NCBI GenBank assembly: GCA_019637585.1
Contig: JAHBVL010000003.1
Coordinates: 27,827 to 91,826 of the forward strand
Reading direction: 5' to 3'
DNA from: Thermomicrobiales bacterium
Lineage (GTDB): Bacteria > Chloroflexota > Chloroflexia > Thermomicrobiales > UBA6265
DNA: 64,000 nt
The notes below the pieces were generated by a model. The model searched no databases. It worked only from the letters and a program-made list of their open reading frames with translations, and was not told the origin of the DNA. Within the stretch, counting starts at the first letter, position 1. Each line of letters begins with the position of its first letter. Position numbers and translations under genes: made by a program. Below are positions 10,757 through 20,268 of this stretch, piece after piece.

Positions 10757-11284
10757 ATGGCAAGAGAGAATCAGTCCACGGTGAGTGACCAGGATCAGCC
10801 CAAGGAGAACACGAGCGCACCGGACGCGACGGCGAAAAAGCCGAAGCGGCAACGCGTGCCCAAACACGCCAAACGACACGAAGCGCGGGCGCTAGCGTTG
10901 CAGATCCTCTATGAATCCGATCTGACGGAACATGGTTGGGAGGCGATCCTCTCCCGGAGCGAGAGCGACGATCTGCTCACTCCCGAGCTGGCTGACTATG
11001 CTCGCCGGCTTGTCACCGGTGTGATGACCAATCGCATCAGCATCGATGCCACCATTCGCAAAGCGGCGCCGGCTTTTCCGATCAAACAACTCTCAGCGAT
11101 CGACCGCAATCTCCTCCGCCTCGCCATCTATGAGCTGACCTACGAGCCGGACGTGCCGACCAGGGTCGCGATCAACGAAGCCGTCGAGCTGGCCAAGCGA
11201 TATGGCGGCGACAACTCCTCCCGCTTCATCAACGGCGTGACGGGAACCGTCGCGGAACAGGTTCGCCCCACCGGCGGCACGTAG
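10757..11284 (+). CDS. nusB: Transcription antitermination factor NusB (with Lys-rich N-terminal extension)
   Basis: ARALALQILYESD start of the NusB fold and characteristic C-terminal region; about 35-aa basic extension, so the true start may lie downstream. Confidence 0.75.
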   Translation: MARENQSTVSDQDQPKENTSAPDATAKKPKRQRVPKHAKRHEARALALQILYESDLTEHGWEAILSRSESDDLLTPELADYARRLVTGVMTNRISIDATIRKAAPAFPIKQLSAIDRNLLRLAIYELTYEPDVPTRVAINEAVELAKRYGGDNSSRFINGVTGTVAEQVRPTGGT

Positions 11285-11515
11285 CCGCATCTGTCGCAAT
11301 CGGCCAGGAATCGCACGAAACGGGCGATTTCTTTGTGCCCAGCCTTGCTGCTCGTGTATCATGCGACCCGTCAGCGATGGCCGATCTGGGCAACAACTCG
11401 ACGCCCTTCGTGCGGTAGATTTGACCGTCTGGTAGCATGCTGGCATTGAAACACAGGGTTGAACAAACGGGTTTTCGAACCGCCGGCTCCCGCCGGCCGC
11501 ACGGAGGTGATTGGG

Positions 11516-11749
11516 TTGGCTACCGCATTCGAGAAGGTGCAGGGCATTGTTGCCGAGCGCTTGGGCGTCGACGAAGACAAGATCACGATGGAAGCCGAGT
11601 TCATCGGCGACCTGAACGCTGACTCTCTTGATCTCGTCGAAGTGATCATGGCGCTCGAGCAGGAGTTCGGCACCGAGATCAAGGATGAGGACGCCGAGCA
11701 GATTCGCACCGTTGGTGACGCTGTTCGCTTCATCGAAGAGCGTCAATAG
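11516..11749 (+). CDS. acpP: Acyl carrier protein
   Basis: [37 protein letters not shown] with the phosphopantetheine-attachment DSLD motif; likely TTG start at 11516 (GTG at 11507 is an alternative). The 11459 ATG would add a non-ACP N-terminus. Confidence 0.85.
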   Translation: MATAFEKVQGIVAERLGVDEDKITMEAEFIGDLNADSLDLVEVIMALEQEFGTEIKDEDAEQIRTVGDAVRFIEERQ

Positions 11750-11805
11750 GCGGCGACCGCTCATCGAACCAGACACCGTTTGGTGCGAGTGATGTGACAA
11801 TCCGA

Positions 11806-11836
11806 TCCGGGAGGGATTGCGTATCCCCTCCCGGAT
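11806..11836 (+). terminator. Stem-loop after acpP (ccgggaggga...tcccctcccgg, 7-nt loop), candidate terminator
   Basis: Direct reading; no U-tract, as expected in high-GC genomes. Confidence 0.4.
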
Positions 11837-11900
11837 GGACTCCACGCAGTAAACTTGACTCCAGCGTGATGTCATTCCTCTCGCACTTCAGGATCAAGCA

Positions 11901-12719
11901 ATGGCACGTTCGCTAAGAATCCCGAAATTCCGCATCAGTCTTCCGAATGTCCGTGGCTCCGATGAGGACTACGAGGACATTTTTGAGGAGATGACGCTCG
12001 CCGAGCACCTCGACGAGCTCAGATCGCGGTTGATGAAGATGGTCCTCGGGATCGGCGTTGCCTTCGTCATCGGCCTCCTCCTCGTCAACCCGTTGTTGCG
12101 GCTCATTCGAGACGCGGCAAATGTCGACCTCTTCGACGTCAACGAGGCCACCGAGCCGATCACGTCCTATTTCAAGACGGCGCTGTACATTGCGATCACG
12201 CTCGCCTTACCACTGATCTTCTATCAGCTCTTCGCCTTTGTCGCCCCAGGTTTGACCAGGAAAGAGAAGCGGTACCTGTACGGTTCTCTGCCTTTTGTGG
12301 TCCTCTTTTTCGTCCTCGGGGCATCGTTTGCCTTCTTCATCGCCGTGCCCCGCGCATTCCAGTTCCTGTCGACATTCAACAGCGATCTCTTCGAGTATTC
12401 CCCGACCTTCTCCAGTATCGCGGCGTTCTATCTCCAGGTCTCCATCGGTCTGGGGCTGGCATTTCAGCTGCCGATCATCATGTACTTGTTGGCCCGGCTC
12501 AAGATCGTCAGTCCCCAGCGCATGTCGGGGTCCAGGCGGTACGCCATGGTGCTCGTCCTGATTGCGGCCGCGCTGATTACGCCCACGCCAGATCCGTTCA
12601 ACATGCTCTTCATCGCCGCGCCGATCTATTTTCTCTACGAGCTGGGCATCATTTTCGCCAAGATCGCCGCGCGACGTTCGGTGACGCACAGTCTCCGGCC
12701 TCCGGAACTGGACGCCTGA
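11901..12719 (+). CDS. tatC: Sec-independent protein translocase TatC
   Basis: 272-aa polytopic membrane protein with TLAEHLDELRSRL N-terminal motif and six hydrophobic segments typical of TatC. Confidence 0.9.
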   Translation: MARSLRIPKFRISLPNVRGSDEDYEDIFEEMTLAEHLDELRSRLMKMVLGIGVAFVIGLLLVNPLLRLIRDAANVDLFDVNEATEPITSYFKTALYIAITLALPLIFYQLFAFVAPGLTRKEKRYLYGSLPFVVLFFVLGASFAFFIAVPRAFQFLSTFNSDLFEYSPTFSSIAAFYLQVSIGLGLAFQLPIIMYLLARLKIVSPQRMSGSRRYAMVLVLIAAALITPTPDPFNMLFIAAPIYFLYELGIIFAKIAARRSVTHSLRPPELDA

Positions 12720-12905
12720 GTCTGAACTGACCGTGGGCGCCACAAATCGATCCGTGGCCTCGCCATTTATGGCGTTCTAAGACTTTCGTCGCGACGGCTG
12801 CCTTACATCAAACATCATTCCGAGGGAGTTCTGCGCCAACGCCTCGATACAGAGCCGTCCTCCTGTATCCTTACCGGCCCGGCGCCAGCGCGGCATGAAA
12901 AAGCA

Positions 12906-13015
12906 CTGTCATCCTGAGCGGAGCGAGGGATCTCCTGCCGCAGCAGTCTCCAGGGCGACGACGGTCGTGGCAGGAGAAGACGGAGAGATTCTTCACTTCG
13001 TTCAGAATGACGAGT
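12906..13015. repeat. Palindromic element of the gtcattccgagcgaagc family (arms gtcatcctgagcggagcgagggatctcc / rc gtcattctgaacgaagtgaagaatctctc) between convergent tatC and rqcH; half-copy at 12814-12838
   Basis: Direct reading; the arms match the 128-bp tandem units at 38277-38655. Confidence 0.7.
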
Positions 13016-13047
13016 GCTGGCAGCGGGCTTTCGTACAGGTCCTTTCT

Positions 13048-14910
13048 TCACCGCGGCCGGAACGAGCCCTCCGGACCCACTGGCGCCACGCGCACCGTCC
13101 TCTCGTTCCGATACGTCACCATCCCCGGACCGGCGCCGCTGATCTTGCGGACATCACGGCGGCGGCAGATATCGACCTCCACCCTCGAGTCGTCCCGTGA
13201 CGCGCTGAAGTACGCGGCGAGCGCAGCAGCCCGCTCCAGCGTTTCGTCAGGAACGTCCGCCCCCTGAACAACCGGCCGGACGATCACGTGCGCACCGGGA
13301 ACCCCTCTGGCGTGCAGCCAGAAATCGGATGACGAGGCGATCGAAAAGGTCACCAGGTCGTTCAGCTCGCCCGACCGGCCCACATAGATCGCATTTCCTG
13401 CATCGTCATGATGCGGTTTCGGCGTCGCGAACCGCCTGGCGCGCGGCCCCTTACCCGGTTTGCCCCCTCGCTGCTCCCGCTCCGGCGCGAACGCCTCCCA
13501 CTCCGCTCGTACCGCTTCGATCTCGTCGAATGTCTCCGCCATCGACGCCATGACCACCATCTGCTCGACGTAGTCCAGCTCGCTTCTGGCACGTGCGATC
13601 AGCGACTCCAGCTGATCCTGGCCGCGTCCCGCTTTTCGGTAGAGACTGAAATACTCCTGAGCGATCTCGCTGGCCGGCGTTCCGGCCGGCAGTGGAATCT
13701 GCTCGCCCTCCCACTCCAGCACTTCCTGCCCGGACTGGATGGCCCAAAGGTTGGCGAAAATCGCTTCACCCCAGCGGCGATATCGATCCCCATCCGCCAG
13801 CGCCTGCTGCTCTTCCTCCAGCGTCCGCACCTTGACCAGGGCTCGCGCCCGGGCTGGTTCGATCTTCCGGAGCAACCGTTCACGCCGCGCGCCATGCCGG
13901 GCAGAAACCGGACTCGCCCCTCGCCATGCTTCGATGGCCGCCGAGATCGAATCGACCGCTGTCTGCGTGACGCCCTCTCCCTCCAGATGCCTCAACGGCA
14001 GCGCGCTGTACGCCACGACCTCTCCGTCTGAATCGGTCACCACAGCCGGTTGCCAGGCATTCGCGGCGACAGTGGCGAACACTTGGCGAAGCGACCCCGC
14101 CACGTTGGTAAGGTCTGCATCGCTGCAGTCGGCGGCAGAGGCCTCCGCATCTCCCAACGCCCGGAAGACGATCTCTCGCGCCATCTGCGGGCTCACAGCG
14201 GCCACAGCACGCACCAGCAAACCGGCAAGCGACATATCGGGACGCTTCTGTCCAGATGATTTACCCGGTTGCCCCAGAGCAGACGCTTCCCATGTCCGGA
14301 AAGCGATCAGATCCGCCCCGGTGATCTGCCGTGGATCGAGACGATCGCCGGATGGCGGCAACGCGTACTGCCGCCTGGGCAGAATCGGCCGCACGGCGCT
14401 CATCTGAGGATTCACCCGTTTCAGGGCATCGAGCACCAGCCCATCGTCTCCCACCAACACGACATTGCTGCGACGACCCATGATCTCGACCGAGAGCATG
14501 CTGTTGCGCAGCGTTCCGTCGTGAACGACCTCTTCTTCGTCGTCCTCCGGCGTGGACGAGTCGTCATTTCCATCGATGAGCTTGGCGAAGGACAACTGGA
14601 TGATCCGGTCGAGGGGAGGCTGCGACACGGCAGTCAGCAACGCTCCCCGCAGGTATTTGCGCATCAGCAGGGTGAAAGGGGTCTGGAGCGACGGATCGGG
14701 CCGCACATCGCTATTCGCCAGCCATGCCGCTGGCTCCCGCCCACCCAGGGAGACGATCAGCGTCTGACGGCGATGTTGGGCATAGAACTCGATGGCCATG
14801 GTGTCGCGGCTGACGAGTCCGGTGACCTGAACCCTCCCTCCATCGATTCGGTGGCTCAGGTCGTCGGCGAGCGCGCTGGCGGTCAGGAAATCAAACATGG
14901 AAGACAACAT
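13048..14910 (-). CDS. rqcH: RqcH/NFACT family (fibronectin-binding protein A-like, DUF814) ribosome quality control protein
   Basis: 620-aa ORF; N-terminal NFACT-N (MFDFLTASALADDL...IEFYA), central coiled coil, C-terminal DUF814 region (HARGVPGAHVIV). Confidence 0.75.
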   Translation of the reverse strand: MLSSMFDFLTASALADDLSHRIDGGRVQVTGLVSRDTMAIEFYAQHRRQTLIVSLGGREPAAWLANSDVRPDPSLQTPFTLLMRKYLRGALLTAVSQPPLDRIIQLSFAKLIDGNDDSSTPEDDEEEVVHDGTLRNSMLSVEIMGRRSNVVLVGDDGLVLDALKRVNPQMSAVRPILPRRQYALPPSGDRLDPRQITGADLIAFRTWEASALGQPGKSSGQKRPDMSLAGLLVRAVAAVSPQMAREIVFRALGDAEASAADCSDADLTNVAGSLRQVFATVAANAWQPAVVTDSDGEVVAYSALPLRHLEGEGVTQTAVDSISAAIEAWRGASPVSARHGARRERLLRKIEPARARALVKVRTLEEEQQALADGDRYRRWGEAIFANLWAIQSGQEVLEWEGEQIPLPAGTPASEIAQEYFSLYRKAGRGQDQLESLIARARSELDYVEQMVVMASMAETFDEIEAVRAEWEAFAPEREQRGGKPGKGPRARRFATPKPHHDDAGNAIYVGRSGELNDLVTFSIASSSDFWLHARGVPGAHVIVRPVVQGADVPDETLERAAALAAYFSASRDDSRVEVDICRRRDVRKISGAGPGMVTYRNERTVRVAPVGPEGSFRPR

Positions 14911-15049
14911 CCGGCATAATGTGCGAGACGCAATTGGCGGCTGGTGGGCGGAGACACGGGTGGACGAGCTTTCGATGTTGGTGTCTGAATTGGGAGAGGG
15001 TCATGGTGATGCCATCATCGCCCAGTTGAGAAACCGCCGAAAACCGCGA

Positions 15050-15637
15050 ATGTTTGTCATTTCAGGTCCGTCCGGAGTCGGAAAAGACTCGATCATCAAA
15101 ATACTGCGTGAAGTTTTCCCCGATGTCCACGTGGCGGTGACCGCCACAACCCGCGAGCGCCGGCCCGGCGAAGCGCATGGTGTTGATTACTTCTTCTACG
15201 ACACCCGCTACTTCGAAGAACTCCGCAACGCTGGCGAGTTTCTCGAATCGGCTGAGGTCTACGGGCAATGGTACGGGGTGCCGAAGCACTCGGTTCGCCA
15301 TGCCGTCGAGCGGGGCCAGGATGTCTTCGTCAAAGTAGACGTCCAGGGCGCCGCGACGATTCGCGAACAGGCTCCGGACGCCGTCTTCATCTTCGTCTCC
15401 CCCGCTTCCAGCACCGAGCTGCTGGAACGGCTACGGGCCCGTAAAACCGACGAACCAGAAGCGCTCATGCGGCGTTTCCGCGAAGCCGAACAGGAACTGG
15501 CTCGCGCCACTGAATTCGATTATGTCGTGTTCAACGGTCAGGCGGAGTTCGGTATCCCCGAGCAAGCGGTCGGCGAAATCCAGGCGATCATCGAAGCCGA
15601 ACGGCACCGGATCCACCAACCAACCATCGATCTCTAG
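15050..15637 (+). CDS. gmk: Guanylate kinase
   Basis: P-loop ISGPSGVGKDSI, TTRERRPGE, YFFYD motifs; the longer ORF from 14897 overlaps the rqcH start, so ATG 15050 is preferred (14975 is an alternative). Confidence 0.85.
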   Translation: MFVISGPSGVGKDSIIKILREVFPDVHVAVTATTRERRPGEAHGVDYFFYDTRYFEELRNAGEFLESAEVYGQWYGVPKHSVRHAVERGQDVFVKVDVQGAATIREQAPDAVFIFVSPASSTELLERLRARKTDEPEALMRRFREAEQELARATEFDYVVFNGQAEFGIPEQAVGEIQAIIEAERHRIHQPTIDL

Positions 15638-15646
15638 AGCGAACCC

Positions 15647-15668
15647 GCGCCGCCGTAAACGGCGGCGC
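15647..15668 (+). terminator. Stem-loop gcgccgccg-taaa-cggcggcgc directly after the gmk stop
   Basis: Direct reading. Confidence 0.4.
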
Positions 15669-15901
15669 TCACCCTGCGATGCCCCTGCCGGGGAAAGCTC
15701 GTAGGTCCGAAGGACCTTCGCGCCGTGAGCCCGGTCCGTTCACGGCCGGGCGGGTTTCACCGAACGGCCGTTGCCCCGAGCATGCATCGCGTGCACCTCG
15801 AGAAGGACGATCCAACGAATCTCGAGGCGATAGGCAACGATCTCATCGCCACGGACAAGGCGTCTTAGCCACCGGTTTTCAACCGGTGGACTCGGTCCCG
15901 C

Positions 15902-16426
15902 CTACTCTGCGAGCAGCTCCGCACGTTCCTCCTCTTCGGGAATCTCGAAGAGGGTCGATCGGTCTTCAACGCGATCGACGAAGAGGATGCCGTCCAGGTG
16001 GTCGATTTCGTGCTGCAGCACGCGAGCCAGCATCCCCTCCGCTTTCAAGCGGATATGGCGGTTGTCCAGATCCATCCCCTTCACCGTGATCGAGGTCATA
16101 CGTGGCACATCCCCAACCCAGCCGGGAATACTCAGACATCCTTCCTGCCCCGACTCGCGTCCATGCCCCTTGACGATCTCCGGATTGATCAATGTCAGCG
16201 AAACTTCCGGGTCGTCCTCATGGACATAGCCGACCGGCAGATGCACGACGATGATCCGCCGCATCACACCCACCTGCGGCCCCGCCAGACCGACACCCGG
16301 CGCGTCGAGCATCGTCTCGAACATATCGGCCGCGATCTTGCGCAACCCATCATCGACAGCGCGAACCTTCGTCGCCTTCTGCCGCAACCGCGGGTCGCCT
16401 TCGAGAATGATTTCCATCAGTGGCAT
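15902..16426 (-). CDS. def: Peptide deformylase
   Basis: GVGLAGPQVG, EGCLSIPG, HEIDHLDG motifs; ATG at 16426 (MPLMEIILEGDP) has an AAGGA RBS; the ORF-track start at 16465 lies inside the repeat array. Confidence 0.9.
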   Translation of the reverse strand: MPLMEIILEGDPRLRQKATKVRAVDDGLRKIAADMFETMLDAPGVGLAGPQVGVMRRIIVVHLPVGYVHEDDPEVSLTLINPEIVKGHGRESGQEGCLSIPGWVGDVPRMTSITVKGMDLDNRHIRLKAEGMLARVLQHEIDHLDGILFVDRVEDRSTLFEIPEEEERAELLAE

Positions 16427-16451
16427 GGGGGGAGTCCTTGGGGTGGTGTAT

Positions 16452-16596
16452 GGTGCATAGTTCATAGTTGATAGTGCATAGTTGATAGTTCATAGTTCAT
16501 AGAGGTCGTTGCCGATTCCCAAGCCAGTCCCATCACCTCACGACCAACCATGCACTATCTACTATTCACTATCTACTATCTACTATCCACTACCTC
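16452..16596. repeat. Inverted pair of heptamer arrays (catagtt/gatagtt x7, then actatct x6) forming a long hairpin between the priA stop and the def start
   Basis: Direct reading of strict 7-nt periodicity; the priA stop TGA sits at the edge of the right array. Confidence 0.85.
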
Positions 16597-19074
16597 TCAA
16601 ATCATACTGTTCGGTTCGACATCGACAATCCATCCCGGTCTGGCCGGGAGTTCGTCCAGCAGTTCGTCGAACCCCTCTTCGGATGAGCGGATGACGATCT
16701 GCCACTGAAACTCGTTCCGTATTTTCGCAACGAATGCGGGCGCCGGTCCAAGGATGTCGACCGCCACCCCTCGCTCGTCGGCATGGTGCTCCAGCTCGGC
16801 CGCCATTTCGGCGGATTCCGTTCGGCATGTCTCCTCAGATGAGGAGCGGAAGAGATAGCGGGCCATGCGGCTGAAGGGCGGATAGCGAAACCGCTGCCGG
16901 AACGCGATCTCGTGGATGTAGAAGTCCTCATAGCTGTGGTTCGCGGCTGCTTTGATGGCGTAGTGGTCGGGCGTGTAGGTCTGGACGACCACGGTTCCCT
17001 GCGCCGCCCGGCGCCCCGCCCGTCCCGCCACCTGCGCGATCAATTGAAAGGTCCGTTCGGCCGACCGGTAGTCCGGAAAGTGAAGCTGGCTGTCCGCCTG
17101 GACGACGCCAACCGTCGTCACCCGGGGAAAATCGAGCCCCTTGGCCACCACCTGGGTGCCGACGACGATATCCGCTTCGCCCCGCTCGACGATCTTCAGC
17201 ACCTCCTCGAATCCGCCATGACCGGCGATCGAGTCGCGATCGACCCGCAACACCCGGCTCGCCGGAAAGAGATGGCGCATCTCCTGTTCGATCCGTTGGG
17301 TGCCAGCGCCGAAATAGTCGAGTGGTCCCCCGCAAAACTCACACGCTCTCGGCGCCGCTTTCCGCATGTTGCAGCGGTGACAGACCAGGCGGTCTCTGTC
17401 CCGGTGATAGACCATCGGGATGTCGCACTGCGGGCAGACTACCGACTTGCCGCACGACCGGCAGATGATGATCGTCGACATCCCTCGCCGGTTGAGCAAC
17501 ACCACCGCTTGCTCAGCACGACTCAAGGAACGCTCGATTGCATCGAGCAACTCGCCCGAAAGGAGGGTCGAACCGGTCGTCCGGGCTTCCTGGCGCATGT
17601 CGACGACCGTGACATCGGGCATAGGCGCGCTTTCGCGAACCGCCAGCGTCTCCAGCCCCCCCGGGTCGAATCGCACCCGTTCGGGCAGGTCGACGCGCCG
17701 GATCAATCCCCGCGTTGTCCGCCACGCCGTCTCGACGGCGGGCGTCGCGCTGCCAAGCACGAGCGCGACACCTCGCACCTCGGCGATATGCTCGGCCAGC
17801 CGCCTGGCGTGATACCGGGGAGACACATCCTGTTTGAATGCGGGGTCCTGCTCCTCATCGATCGCAATGGCGCCGAGCCGCTCGATCGGTGCAAACAGCG
17901 CCGAACGGGGTCCAACGACGATCCGCTTCTCTCCCCGCTGGATCGCCTGCCAGATGGCGAATCGCTCCGGCGCTTTCTGGGCGGAGTGGAGCACCGCCAC
18001 GTCATCCGGGAAGCGCTCCTCGAATCGCCGCACGATCTGCGTTGCCAGCGCGATTTCCGGAACCAGCACGATCATGCCCCGCTCGTCCCGCAGACAGCGC
18101 CCCGCCATGCGCAGGTAGATCTCCGTTTTGCCCGATCCCGTTACGCCGTAGAGCAGCATTGGCGTCGAATCGCCACGCGCGATCGCCGATTCGATGGTCT
18201 GCCATGCCTGGGACTGAGCCGGCGAGAGAACGGGAGGGGGCGCAGGATCGGGGAGAACGCGAACCCGATCGACCGGCAGCGCCTCCACTTCGATCAGTCC
18301 TTTTTTCTCCAGCGCGGCGATGACCGACCCGCTGGCGCCCGTCTGCCGTAGCAGATCGGCAACCGGGAAGAGATCGTTGTCTTCGCCGAGCAACCGCTGC
18401 CGCTCCGCCAGGAGCTCGAGAACGGCGCGCTGCTGCTCCGATCGCTGCACAGCTTCCAGGTCGAACTCGATCAACCGGGCAAACCGGGCGGTTCTTGCCT
18501 TCGGCGGTTTGTCCTGAACGCCGAGCGATCGCTCCAGAAAGCCCTCTTCCTCCAGTTCGCGCAGCACACCGGCGTAGTTGCGCCCCATGGCCCGCCGAAT
18601 CTGCGTCGCCGTCAGTTCGCCTCGTTCGCGCAGCAACTCGACGATTTTGCGTTGCACAGGAGTCAGTCCAGGAATGCGGGGGTCGTCCGCGTCGATCAGC
18701 TCGAACGCTTCGAGCGTCCGGTGCTCCACACCTGGGGGGAAGAATGGCGACGCCGCATCGTAGAGGGTGCTGGCTGTTTCACGCGCCATCCACCGGGCGA
18801 TCGCCATCGTCTCACCGGAAAGCGCGAACTCGGGTTTCACGAAGCCGGTGAGCGGCCGCAGCGTCACCCCTTCGGGAGGTTCCCGGTGAATGCTCACCAC
18901 CAACCCAACGCCGGCGTCGCGTCTCAATGGCGCCCAGACCAGATGTCCCACACGCAGACGGTTGGCCAGGTGCTTGGGCACCAACCAGGTGTAGATCGAC
19001 TGTCCATGCGCGGCAGCGGGAATGTCGATCGCCACATCGGCGCAGAGGGGTGGTTTCGCGGGGGCGTTGTTCAT
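16597..19074 (-). CDS. priA: Primosomal protein N' (PriA replication restart helicase)
   Basis: Walker A LLYGVTGSGKTEIYL, zinc finger CRSCGKSVVCPQCDIPMVYH...CHRCN...CEFCGG, C-terminal domain; start taken at MNNAP (19074), the ORF track begins at 19104. Confidence 0.85.
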   Translation of the reverse strand: MNNAPAKPPLCADVAIDIPAAAHGQSIYTWLVPKHLANRLRVGHLVWAPLRRDAGVGLVVSIHREPPEGVTLRPLTGFVKPEFALSGETMAIARWMARETASTLYDAASPFFPPGVEHRTLEAFELIDADDPRIPGLTPVQRKIVELLRERGELTATQIRRAMGRNYAGVLRELEEEGFLERSLGVQDKPPKARTARFARLIEFDLEAVQRSEQQRAVLELLAERQRLLGEDNDLFPVADLLRQTGASGSVIAALEKKGLIEVEALPVDRVRVLPDPAPPPVLSPAQSQAWQTIESAIARGDSTPMLLYGVTGSGKTEIYLRMAGRCLRDERGMIVLVPEIALATQIVRRFEERFPDDVAVLHSAQKAPERFAIWQAIQRGEKRIVVGPRSALFAPIERLGAIAIDEEQDPAFKQDVSPRYHARRLAEHIAEVRGVALVLGSATPAVETAWRTTRGLIRRVDLPERVRFDPGGLETLAVRESAPMPDVTVVDMRQEARTTGSTLLSGELLDAIERSLSRAEQAVVLLNRRGMSTIIICRSCGKSVVCPQCDIPMVYHRDRDRLVCHRCNMRKAAPRACEFCGGPLDYFGAGTQRIEQEMRHLFPASRVLRVDRDSIAGHGGFEEVLKIVERGEADIVVGTQVVAKGLDFPRVTTVGVVQADSQLHFPDYRSAERTFQLIAQVAGRAGRRAAQGTVVVQTYTPDHYAIKAAANHSYEDFYIHEIAFRQRFRYPPFSRMARYLFRSSSEETCRTESAEMAAELEHHADERGVAVDILGPAPAFVAKIRNEFQWQIVIRSSEEGFDELLDELPARPGWIVDVEPNSMI

Positions 19075-19134
19075 AGCCCAATGGTATCCGTAGCCACCGA
19101 TCAAACGTGGAAACCGGCCCTGTGCCGGCCGAAC

Positions 19135-20172
19135 TCATATCACCGTGGCTGCTCGCCCGATGCCGGCGTTCATCAACTCCGTCGCCCGGGCGAAAACCGA
19201 TGGACTGCCGCCCGTGTAGAGGAACACGACATCCTCATCGGCGCCGAACCGGCCCTCGCGGATGTGTCCGATCAACCCCGCCAGCGCTTTCGCGGTATAG
19301 GTCGGCTCCAGGACGATTCCCTCGCTGCGAGCCAGCGCGATCGCTTCAAGTCCCGTATCGGTCGCGATGCCATATCCCTCGCCCACGAACCGGTCCTCGA
19401 TCGAGAAATCCCCGGCCACGAAGTGACGGTCGAACCCAAGCAGTTCCGCCGCGCCGGTGGCGATCGGCGCCGCGTCAGCGGAGAGCGTCGCTTCGTCGTC
19501 CTCGACGGCCACACCCTCGATCCAGCCGTCGCGTCCGGCAATCGCCGCACCCACGACCAACCCGGCCAGCGTTCCCTGCGACCCTGTAGGGCTGTAGATC
19601 CTCACGGGATCGATCTCCAACGCCGCAAACTGTTCGATCATCTCCGCCATCGCCCGGACATAGCCAAGCGCACCAAGAGGTGTGCTGCCACCGACCCTGA
19701 TTGCGTAGGGCTTTTCTCCCGCCGCTTCCAGTTCCCTGGCCAGATCGAGCATGGCCGCATGTCTCGGCACACCCGGCTCGATCAGGACCACTTCGGCTCC
19801 CAGCAGATGATCGAGGAGCAGGTTCCCCTGCATCTCGACTCCACCCCGCGCGTCGAGCACCAGCACGCACCGCAATCCGCACATTGCAGCCGCCGCTGCG
19901 GTCATGCGGGCATGGTTCGACTGCACATTCCCCTCGGTCAGAACCACGGTGTACCCCTCAGCCACCGCCGGCGCCACCAGATACTCGAGCTTTCGGGATT
20001 TGTTGCCCCCGTAGGCCAGCCCGGTCAGGTCGTCCCGCTTGATCCAGATGCGGGGCGACTTCTCCCCCAGCAACGCTTCCAGATTGCGGGCCCGGCGCAA
20101 CGGTGTAGGCAGTGAGCACAGATCGATGCGCGGGATTTCGTTCAGTTTGGCCAGAGCACTGGGGTCGAACAT
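19135..20172 (-). CDS. PLP-dependent 1-aminocyclopropane-1-carboxylate deaminase / D-cysteine desulfhydrase family enzyme
   Basis: Fold-type II PLP motifs incl. LTGLAYGGNKSRKLEYL; start taken at MFDPSALAKL. Confidence 0.7.
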   Translation of the reverse strand: MFDPSALAKLNEIPRIDLCSLPTPLRRARNLEALLGEKSPRIWIKRDDLTGLAYGGNKSRKLEYLVAPAVAEGYTVVLTEGNVQSNHARMTAAAAAMCGLRCVLVLDARGGVEMQGNLLLDHLLGAEVVLIEPGVPRHAAMLDLARELEAAGEKPYAIRVGGSTPLGALGYVRAMAEMIEQFAALEIDPVRIYSPTGSQGTLAGLVVGAAIAGRDGWIEGVAVEDDEATLSADAAPIATGAAELLGFDRHFVAGDFSIEDRFVGEGYGIATDTGLEAIALARSEGIVLEPTYTAKALAGLIGHIREGRFGADEDVVFLYTGGSPSVFARATELMNAGIGRAATVI

Positions 20173-20268
20173 GGTTGCTCCTGAATTCAGTGGACACGGC
20201 CCGATCGGCAACCTGAAGTATGGCCGTATACTGCGGACCAGGTTGTTCGCTCGCTACAGGAGTTCCTC

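Noticed and set aside
11093-11875. 260-aa minus-strand ORF
   Set aside because: It overlaps acpP and its promoter region on the opposite strand. acpP has the DSLD attachment motif and this ORF has no recognisable features.
12815-13200. ORFs 12815..13051 (-) and 12895..13200 (+)
   Set aside because: They lie across the palindromic element in the tatC/rqcH convergent gap and have no coding signal.
13408-14919. Several plus-strand ORFs opposite rqcH (13408..14031, 13739..14407, 14269..14919)
   Set aside because: They are antisense shadows of the NFACT-family gene.
15690-15760. Possible SRP (4.5S) RNA: GGUCCGAAGGACC hairpin
   Set aside because: It lacks the conserved domain IV motifs (GGAA/AGCA symmetric loop with GNRA tetraloop); it is only a generic GC hairpin.
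16452-16596. CRISPR array
   Set aside because: The repeats are 7 nt, strictly tandem with no spacers, and no cas genes occur in the window. These are heptamer microsatellite-like arrays, not CRISPR.
16912-20115. Two long plus-strand ORFs (479 and 487 aa)
   Set aside because: They are antisense to priA and the PLP-enzyme gene, show no motifs, and have Arg/His/Pro-rich composition typical of GC-driven shadow ORFs.
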